Shown here one piece after another: positions 57,134-64,000 of a stretch of DNA of 64,000 bases (the stretch's first letter is position 1; every line of letters starts with the position of its first letter). The position numbers and the translations under genes were made by a program. This DNA is from Candidatus Izemoplasmatales bacterium (GTDB taxonomy: Bacteria > Bacillota_I > Bacilli_A > Izemoplasmatales > Hujiaoplasmataceae). The stretch covers positions 960,001 to 1,024,000 of the forward strand of contig JBMNEZ010000001.1 of assembly GCA_050949045.1 (NCBI GenBank), in the 5' to 3' direction. The notes beneath the pieces were generated by a model that saw only the letters and a program-made list of their open reading frames with translations, did no database searches and had not been told where the DNA came from.

Positions 57134-57952
57134 ATGCGGAAATACCTGATCGCTCTTGATCTTGACGGAACCATCCTCTATGATTTCGATACCATCATTC
57201 CCGAACTTAGGGATTTTTTGCGGCTTATCCAGAAAGACGGCCACAAGATTGTCATCGCTACCGGAAGACCTTACCGAAGCTCTCGTTTCGCCTATGAATG
57301 TTTCAATCTCGACACGCCGATCATTAACTATAACGGCGGCTTGATTACCCATCCGCATGATCCGGATTTTCCTGTTGCCAATTACACGATCCGCAAGGAA
57401 AAGATTATCGACATCTTCGAAAGCAACGTCGAGTATATCCGCAACGCTTTCAGCGAGGTCAAAGACGCCATTTATTTGTTCAAAGAAGAAAAAGAGATCG
57501 AACCTCTGCTTCACGTGGGAGGCGCTTCCTTGATCAAAATCGGTCATTTACAAGACACCTTGAGTGAGGATCCTAACGGCTTTATCATCATCGGAAAGCA
57601 AGGCCAAGGACAAAAAATCGTCAATTACGTGAAAGAAAAGTACTTCGGCGAAGTGCTCTCAAGAGTCTGGAACCTCGAGGGCGAATACGATTCCATCGTC
57701 GAAATCTATACCAAGGAATCGAACAAAGGCAAAGGTTTGCTTCATGTCGCAAACTACCTTCACTGGCCGTTGGCAGATACGATCGCGATCGGAGACGGCC
57801 ATAATGATATCGAAATGCTAAAAGTTGCCAACATTGGCGTCGCTGTCAAAGACAGCCATCCGGATCTATTAGAGATAGCTGATGTCATTCTTGACAAAAC
57901 CGCTAAGGAAAACGCCGTAACGTGTTTTTTGAAATCGTTTCTAAACTATTAG
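57134..57952 (+). CDS. Cof-type HAD-IIB hydrolase
   Basis: LDLDGT, ATGR, NYNGG, NKG, IGDGHNDIEML. Confidence 0.92.
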   Translation: MRKYLIALDLDGTILYDFDTIIPELRDFLRLIQKDGHKIVIATGRPYRSSRFAYECFNLDTPIINYNGGLITHPHDPDFPVANYTIRKEKIIDIFESNVEYIRNAFSEVKDAIYLFKEEKEIEPLLHVGGASLIKIGHLQDTLSEDPNGFIIIGKQGQGQKIVNYVKEKYFGEVLSRVWNLEGEYDSIVEIYTKESNKGKGLLHVANYLHWPLADTIAIGDGHNDIEMLKVANIGVAVKDSHPDLLEIADVILDKTAKENAVTCFLKSFLNY

Positions 57953-58040
57953 TTTATAGTATGTTCTGCATAAAAGATTAATCGGGAAATCGATAGAAGT
58001 AATCTTGTGAAGTACCAGTTGTCATTATCTATCTCAACAG

Positions 58041-58082
58041 AAAAAGAGTCATATTCGGAAGAATTCCAATATGACTTTTTGT
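58041..58082. terminator. Bidirectional terminator at the edge of the Rhs locus
   Basis: AAAAAGAGTCATATT..AATATGACTTTTT. Confidence 0.7.
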
Positions 58083-58139
58083 ATAAAAAAATGGTTGTCG
58101 AATGCGCATAAGTTTTCCCGGCTACAAGTGCATGTTCTC

Positions 58140-58678
58140 TTATCCAAATCTAAATGCATCATTCGTGTAATTTATCATGTTGTTTCCCATCCAATTCAGA
58201 TCCGGTTTGTAATCCATGGTTATTATAATAATACTTCATAGAGCCATATCTTGAGCTGAAAGTTCCTGGATTTCACTTTGATAGGATCGATGCCTTGCTG
58301 ACTGTACTTCCAATTCCACCAAAAAAATCACTAGTCATAAATCCTGTTGCAGCGCCATCCATAGCCCCCATCAAACACACCATCCCACGATCCGCTTGTT
58401 AATCCTCCGACAACTCCGCCGACTATCGCGCCTCCTAATGCACCTGATACCGTTCCAGCTATGGCATCTTGAAACGCTCCAGCCAATACAAACCAAGCTA
58501 AGCCTGTAACTGCTCCACCGGTGAGAACAGTCGCAGCTCATGACGCAACAATAATCGAAACTCCGGCGATAACCTTTGTCGAGTTGCTTCAAATAAATGG
58601 ATTCCACCGTGCATATCCATTTATGTCTAGATACACTTCTGGATTGTTTACACAACAAGCGAAAATGTTGGTTGAGAG
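58140..58678 (-). pseudogene. Decayed orphan Rhs toxin tip (ToxC)
   Basis: LSTNIFACCVNNPEVYLDING box, then glycine-zipper segment; TGA at 58589, 58538, 58273 and frameshifts (G-run 58365-58369, ~58190). Confidence 0.8.
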
Positions 58679-58737
58679 TGGATATTTGGATAATTACACT
58701 ACTTTTGTCTTTGTGTTTTGCTTTTCTAGTCTGTATG

Positions 58738-59238
58738 CTAGTCTGTTTGTGCTTCAAAATACTTATTTATCAAATTAACAAAACTCGGTATCCGCGGTAT
58801 ACCACCATAGTACTCTAGAAATACACCTTCAGAGTTATACAGAATTGCATCGCCACCGTCACTATCATCGTCTAGGAAACTAATCGTAACAACTACGAAA
58901 TCGCCATTTTCATAGTTGATTTTTACTCCAATTCCTTTAGGTGTGTTCAAGTGAGGAAATCCTTCTTGGAAAAACTCGATTTTGGAAAAATCAGAGATGA
59001 AGTTCTCGTTCTCTGTTGTATCCAAAACCTCAAGTATTTCCATTTTGTCGCTGTCAAAATCCAACATATCCTCCGTAGATTCAGTAACTGCATACTCGTC
59101 TGGAGTGTATGATATCAGTTCTATACTGACAATCTCGTCATTTCTTGGGTTGTATTTGAAGCAGTATATAACAGGATCGCAGGCAATTAGAGATATAGAC
59201 AAGATTATCAATAACAATAACAAAATATTCTTTTTCAT
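58738..59238 (-). CDS. Putative immunity lipoprotein, duplicate copy (ImmA')
   Basis: LIAC lipobox; differs from 60950-61450 at 2 residues (I/M, R/W). Confidence 0.8.
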   Translation of the reverse strand: MKKNILLLLLIILSISLIACDPVIYCFKYNPRNDEIVSIELISYTPDEYAVTESTEDMLDFDSDKMEILEVLDTTENENFISDFSKIEFFQEGFPHLNTPKGIGVKINYENGDFVVVTISFLDDDSDGGDAILYNSEGVFLEYYGGIPRIPSFVNLINKYFEAQTD

Positions 59239-59253
59239 ATAACGCCTCCATAA

Positions 59254-59552
59254 TTACCAAAAAAATAAACTGGGAAAGATTAAGTGACTCATACCGTAAT
59301 ATATCCATGCTCTCGAAATTTCCTGTTGTGTGTGTTTTTCTCCCCGAACACCGCCTAAAAGATCAGCCATCGTTTCCCAAGGAGCATCATTGTAAGTATC
59401 ACGGTTTGCGCATAGTCCCCATTTTCGCCACGAGGGTAGCCCAACAGTAATGGCATATGTAGCGATTCCCATCATCATGGATTGATAACCGTGTCCTCGT
59501 TCATGCCTTAACGTGTCAAATAAAGCATATCTGTTCAGCGAAATAAAATAGA
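59254..59552 (-). pseudogene. Duplicated 3' fragment of the HExxH toxin tip (ToxA')
   Basis: Last ~98 codons of the Rhs protein, lacking the junction box and the N-terminal half of the tip; no clear RBS. Confidence 0.85.
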
Positions 59553-59592
59553 TTAAAAAATGATAAATCAACGATATTGATTCGAAACAATT

Positions 59593-60339
59593 TTAGAACA
59601 ACTTGTTTATGATGAAACAAACTCTTTGGAAGTTACTAATCAGCAAATACTGGTCGCTCTTGAAACTGTCGTATTGTTTCTTAACATTATGGAAGTACTC
59701 TAAGCCGCGTATTTCTTTCAGTGCGAAATTCCTTTGGATGTTAATCCGTCTATTCCACGAAATCGTTATCACAAAATCGAAATAGATATCTTCATACTTA
59801 TTCAATATGGTTTTGCTCTCAGGAGAGTCATTCCTCTCGTCTACTATTAAAACATTGTAATTTAGTAGCATTTCATTTTGAGTATATCGATTATTGTCTT
59901 CGGTGAATATGCCGTTGGTGTACACTGAAATCGAATACTTTCTGGCAAATGTTAGGAAGGGATCAATATAATCAAAGGCCACATATCTGTATTCTCTGTA
60001 AAAAAGGCCATTTTTGATAATTGAATACTTGTTCTTAAGAAGGTGTTTTGATACATCAAATTTACTACTAACTCTTTTTCTAATTCTGTATTTGTCAAAC
60101 GTCCTTTGATAATGATCGCAAAAGTAACTTTCATACTCATTCAGAGAGTATTTCGATAGATACTTATATACCCTTTTCATAACTACAAGATAATCCAACA
60201 AGAAATATGAAGCGATGACTAGGACCATCCACATCAATGAAGATAGCATAATACCAACAAAGAGCGAGAGGAATAGCGCGGAAAATCCTGGGATCAATCT
60301 GAATAGTATCACACCACGAAATATATGGTTTTTTATCAT
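59593..60339 (-). CDS. Putative immunity membrane protein (ImmB)
   Basis: AT-rich 248 aa, two N-terminal TM segments, ATGA overlap with orphan tip, GAGGTG RBS. Confidence 0.7.
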   Translation of the reverse strand: MIKNHIFRGVILFRLIPGFSALFLSLFVGIMLSSLMWMVLVIASYFLLDYLVVMKRVYKYLSKYSLNEYESYFCDHYQRTFDKYRIRKRVSSKFDVSKHLLKNKYSIIKNGLFYREYRYVAFDYIDPFLTFARKYSISVYTNGIFTEDNNRYTQNEMLLNYNVLIVDERNDSPESKTILNKYEDIYFDFVITISWNRRINIQRNFALKEIRGLEYFHNVKKQYDSFKSDQYLLISNFQRVCFIINKLF

Positions 60340-60890
60340 CGCTTCACACCTCTAACAGAAATAAGGAAATCTTCTACGTATTCCTGTACCCAATCAGTGA
60401 TTCCATATATCACTGAATCTATCACCGTGTATCCTACAAAACTATATAGATGATCTCCATACGGTAAGAATCTAGCAAATGCATTAGAAACAGAATAAGT
60501 AGCTAATTGATAGACAATGGAGTCCATTGAGTAGTCTTTATTGTAGATATTCTTGTTTTCAAATGCATTGAGACCCGCATTAGCGGCCGCGCCTATGACA
60601 ATACCTGCCGGGCCAAGAGCAATAGTCAGCGTCCCTCCGACTAATGCCCCTACCACATTTTTATCTAGCGGCTGATCGTTGGCGGCATTTGAAAGAATTT
60701 GCCCAGCCCCCGATGCCATACCTGATACGATTGCCAAAACTCCAATTGGGCCTGCCGCAGAAACGGCTAATAGCGATGCAAGTAATACTCCTGCTAAAAT
60801 ATAGTTTGCTTGACTATCTGACAGATATCCATTTATGTCTAGATACACTACTAGATTGTTTACACAACAAGCGAAAATGTTGGTTGAGAG
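60336..60890 (-). CDS. Orphan Rhs C-terminal toxin cassette (ToxB), intact frame but no evident translation start
   Basis: LSTNIFACCVNNLVVYLDING junction box followed by a hydrophobic Gly/Ala-rich domain; in-frame TAA just upstream. Confidence 0.8.
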   Translation of the reverse strand, partial: LSTNIFACCVNNLVVYLDINGYLSDSQANYILAGVLLASLLAVSAAGPIGVLAIVSGMASGAGQILSNAANDQPLDKNVVGALVGGTLTIALGPAGIVIGAAANAGLNAFENKNIYNKDYSMDSIVYQLATYSVSNAFARFLPYGDHLYSFVGYTVIDSVIYGITDWVQEYVEDFLISVRGVKR

Positions 60891-61764
60891 TGGATATTTG
60901 GATAATTACACTACTTTTGTCTTTGTGTTTTGCTTTTCTAGTCTGTATGCTAGTCTGTTTGCGCTTCAAAATACTTATTTATCAAATTAACAAAACTCGG
61001 TATCCACGGTATACCACCATAATACTCTAGAAATACACCTTCAGAGTTATACAGAATTGCATCGCCACCGTCACTATCATCGTCTAGGAAACTAATCGTA
61101 ACAACTACGAAATCGCCATTTTCATAGTTGATTTTTACTCCAATTCCTTTAGGTGTGTTCAAGTGAGGAAATCCTTCTTGGAAAAACTCGATTTTGGAAA
61201 AATCAGAGATGAAGTTCTCGTTCTCTGTTGTATCCAAAACCTCAAGTATTTCCATTTTGTCGCTGTCAAAATCCAACATATCCTCCGTAGATTCAGTAAC
61301 TGCATACTCGTCTGGAGTGTATGATATCAGTTCTATACTGACAATCTCGTCATTTCTTGGGTTGTATTTGAAGCAGTATATAACAGGATCGCAGGCAATT
61401 AGAGATATAGACAAGATCATCAATAACAATAATAAAATATTCTTTTTCATATAACGCCTCCATAATTACCAAAAAAATAAACTGGGAAAGATTAAGTGAC
61501 TCATACCATAATATATCCATGCTCTCGAAATTTCCTGTTGTGTGTGTACCCGTTCCTGAACACCGCCTAAAAGATCAGCCATCGTTTCCCAAGGAGCATC
61601 ATTGTAAGTATCACGGTTTGCGCATAGTCCCCATTTTCGCCACGAGGGTAGCCCAACAGTAATGGCATATGTAGCGATTCCCATCATCATGGATTGATAA
61701 CCGTGTCCTCGTTCATGCCTTAACGTGTCAAATAAAGCATATCTGTTCAGCGAAATAAAATAGA
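60825..61764. repeat. 940-bp direct repeat, copy 2
   Basis: See 58613-59552. Confidence 0.95.
60950..61450 (-). CDS. Putative immunity lipoprotein (ImmA)
   Basis: 15 bp after Rhs stop, GGAGG RBS, MKK-hydrophobic-LIAC lipobox, acidic mature domain. Confidence 0.8.
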   Translation of the reverse strand: MKKNILLLLLMILSISLIACDPVIYCFKYNPRNDEIVSIELISYTPDEYAVTESTEDMLDFDSDKMEILEVLDTTENENFISDFSKIEFFQEGFPHLNTPKGIGVKINYENGDFVVVTISFLDDDSDGGDAILYNSEGVFLEYYGGIPWIPSFVNLINKYFEAQTD

Positions 61765-64000
61765 AAGACCCGGATCGACCACTCTCCTTCATAAATACAG
61801 GTTGACATTTGTAAAACGAGAAGTAGGAAGATGCAAATACAGCGCTTTCGTCTGTGTTGAATGGATTCCAACCTATTCCATTCATGTCCGCCCAGGCACC
61901 GCTACCACCATTGAAGGCAAGATCCCCTAACGCCCATACTGCCATGGCAACATATGATACTGCGGACGTGGCTATTTGGGCTATGGTGCCTCCAACTGGA
62001 GTAAATAGCAGAATGGCAATTACTGCAATTACAATGGTTGCACATTCTCCACTGGGATCTAGATACATTACCGGATTGTTTGTACAATATGCATACATGT
62101 TGGTGGAGAGAATGTTGCCGGCTTGACCTAATAAGCCATCACTGCTGATGAATCTGCCAATGGCGGGATCATAGTATCTGCTGTTTAGGTAATACCTCTC
62201 GATTTCCCAATCATACCGATATCCTCTGTAATAGTATGGATTGAGCATTGACATGATTCCACCTGTCGATTCATAGGCTACAGTGAGTTTCCCATACGCA
62301 TCATATTGATACTGGGCGTTGACCGTCCCTTCATTATCTACGATCATCGTGATGTCGCCCTGCTGGTTCCGAATATAGAAGAAATCATAGCCATCAAAGC
62401 CGTCACTGATATCCAAATCAAGCGTGAAGCCGATGAGGGTTCCGTCATAATCGTAATTGAACACCATCGCATACGTACCGTTGGTTTCATATACTACTTT
62501 GTCGCCAAGAAGTTCATAAGTGATTCGATTTTGCTGAAGCCAAGTTTGTGATCCACCATAATTGTAGAACGTTTTCGAAATCCGGTATCCTTGATCGTTG
62601 TACTGATATCCGATTTTCTTGGATAAGGTTGATCCGGTCGCGAAGACAATGTTGCTCAGTCGCCTGCCATCCCAATCAAGATATGCATTCGTGTAGTTTG
62701 TCCCATTGTACTTGACATTGGTGATCTGGGTTGGATTTCCTTGGTTGTCATAGGTCAACACATGATTCGTGGAAACCCCGTTTACTATTGTAGCATATGA
62801 TTCCAACTGATCCAACCATTCGTCATCATATACATATGTCGAATAGTTGGTGCTGGTTCCGGCTGAGGTCGCCAGATTACCGACACTGAATCGCACGTTG
62901 AACACAACATCAATTCCGAAATATGATGAGGTGGCGCGATAGATGACTTCATAATACCCTTTTTGAAACGAATCAACCTCGCCCCCTAATTGAGTCGTTG
63001 GAATCCCGTAAAATACCCCCGGAGATCCGGAATCTTGGTAAGTGAATGTCAACTCCGAGCTGCCGCCGACATCAACGTTTTTAACTTGCGAGTATATGAT
63101 GTTCGAGTCATAGAAGGGAATAACCTCCGTTAAGCCAAAGTTGATTATCGCGCTTGGCGGAATCAGCGCCCCGGTCTTCCGATATTCATATTGATATCGA
63201 TAGTTTGCTGTCCGATTACCGCGGGAATCATACTCGTAGACATTGGTGTAACTCGTTCCCGATGACACCCAAATATCCTCCGCGACAAGCTGATTGAGGC
63301 CATCATACTCATAGTAGACTTTTCGCTTCAGTGTAAGAACCGAACTGACTCTCTCGTAGTAAGATTCTTGGACAATGTTGCCTAATTCATCATAGATATA
63401 CGAATGCTTGTATTCAACGGTTCCGTTATCGGCGAAATCAAACGAAAGATCCTGGATTCGCGAATGGGCTCCTGAATATGTGAAACTTTGTTTGATGTCC
63501 AGACTGTCGATCGTGAGTTTGATATACTGAAGTCGATGAAGAGCGTTTTCTTCGTATTGAAATGCTTTATTGACCGATACGCCGTTGCTGGTTATATATT
63601 CCGTATTGCTAATCATCGAGAAGCCATCGTATTCGTAGGTGATCTCACTATCAAAGTCTTCAAACAAGAATTTCAGATTAACTATGTTGCCCTGCGGGTC
63701 ATATCCGAAATTTGTGATGTTGCCTGACTCGTCCTTGATTTGCGTCATTCTTCCTGCGGAATCATATGCGTAGAACTCTCGGGCGGTCAGAACGCCGGAT
63801 CGGGTCTCCGAGTACACGGAAAGGGCTCCCTTCTGGTCATATTCGTATCCATAGGTCACTAGACTAATGGCGCTGGAATCAAACATCTGAATCTCAGAAA
63901 TCTGGTCGTTGTCATCATATGTAAACTCAATGTAATCTTGGTTGCCATATTCCTGTTTCCCAATCTTAGCTGTCAGGTAGCCTTCGCCCTCAACGTAAGT
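61466..64000 (-). CDS. Rhs/YD-repeat (WapA-like) polymorphic toxin with C-terminal HExxH domain; 5' end beyond window
   Basis: Frame open to base 64000; YD repeats (YDQKG, YDSAG, YDELG, YDGLN); core YRGYRYD..YYLNSRYYDPAIGRFISSD..NMYAYCTNNPVMYLDPSG; HERGH in tip. Confidence 0.93.
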   Translation of the reverse strand, partial: TYVEGEGYLTAKIGKQEYGNQDYIEFTYDDNDQISEIQMFDSSAISLVTYGYEYDQKGALSVYSETRSGVLTAREFYAYDSAGRMTQIKDESGNITNFGYDPQGNIVNLKFLFEDFDSEITYEYDGFSMISNTEYITSNGVSVNKAFQYEENALHRLQYIKLTIDSLDIKQSFTYSGAHSRIQDLSFDFADNGTVEYKHSYIYDELGNIVQESYYERVSSVLTLKRKVYYEYDGLNQLVAEDIWVSSGTSYTNVYEYDSRGNRTANYRYQYEYRKTGALIPPSAIINFGLTEVIPFYDSNIIYSQVKNVDVGGSSELTFTYQDSGSPGVFYGIPTTQLGGEVDSFQKGYYEVIYRATSSYFGIDVVFNVRFSVGNLATSAGTSTNYSTYVYDDEWLDQLESYATIVNGVSTNHVLTYDNQGNPTQITNVKYNGTNYTNAYLDWDGRRLSNIVFATGSTLSKKIGYQYNDQGYRISKTFYNYGGSQTWLQQNRITYELLGDKVVYETNGTYAMVFNYDYDGTLIGFTLDLDISDGFDGYDFFYIRNQQGDITMIVDNEGTVNAQYQYDAYGKLTVAYESTGGIMSMLNPYYYRGYRYDWEIERYYLNSRYYDPAIGRFISSDGLLGQAGNILSTNMYAYCTNNPVMYLDPSGECATIVIAVIAILLFTPVGGTIAQIATSAVSYVAMAVWALGDLAFNGGSGAWADMNGIGWNPFNTDESAVFASSYFSFYKCQPVFMKESGRSGSFYFISLNRYALFDTLRHERGHGYQSMMMGIATYAITVGLPSWRKWGLCANRDTYNDAPWETMADLLGGVQERVHTQQEISRAWIYYGMSHLIFPSLFFW

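Larger units (their letters stand above)
58613..59552. repeat. 940-bp direct repeat, copy 1
   Basis: Matches 60825-61764 at offset 2212; 15 substitutions by manual comparison. Confidence 0.95.

Noticed and set aside
58270..58595. TGA=Trp (code 4) donor for the ToxC cassette
   Set aside because: Two TGAs fit Trp, but a third does not obviously, TGG is used in the same frame and frameshifts are present; ordinary decay is simpler
59254..61764. Diversity-generating retroelement (TR/VR pair) explaining the toxin duplicate
   Set aside because: Differences are not adenine-specific in either direction, the repeat spans whole genes, and no reverse transcriptase is in the window

Overview
Bacterial chromosome segment using genetic code 11 (TGA is a stop). 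The 16S/5S sequence and gene content suggest a basal Bacilli/Mollicutes-like lineage (Acholeplasmatales/Izemoplasmatales-like); this is an inference and was not searched. From ~13 kb onward almost all genes are on the minus strand. Core content: ktrB/ktrA, rplY, a three-gene pnt transhydrogenase, gltX with tRNA-Glu, a complete rrn operon (16S-23S-5S-tRNA-Asn-tRNA-Glu), rpsB-tsf-pyrH-frr-uppS-cdsA-dxr-rseP, a 9-gene V/A-type ATPase with a Na+-type K subunit, upp/rpiB/tsaC/rnhB/rbgA/lepB and an FtsK-family translocase. Three accessory regions stand out. (1) Two AT-rich islets (a GH2 glycosidase and a BspA-type LRR lipoprotein) share an ~80-bp downstream element. (2) A c-di-AMP (ydaO-type) riboswitch precedes a CPA2 antiporter, interrupted by one in-frame TAG, and a PII-like gene. 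(3) At 58-64 kb there is an Rhs/YD polymorphic toxin locus: a HExxH-tipped Rhs protein, a lipoprotein immunity candidate, silent orphan tips headed by a 63-bp Rhs-junction homology box, and a 940-bp direct repeat that ends at the cleavage motif.
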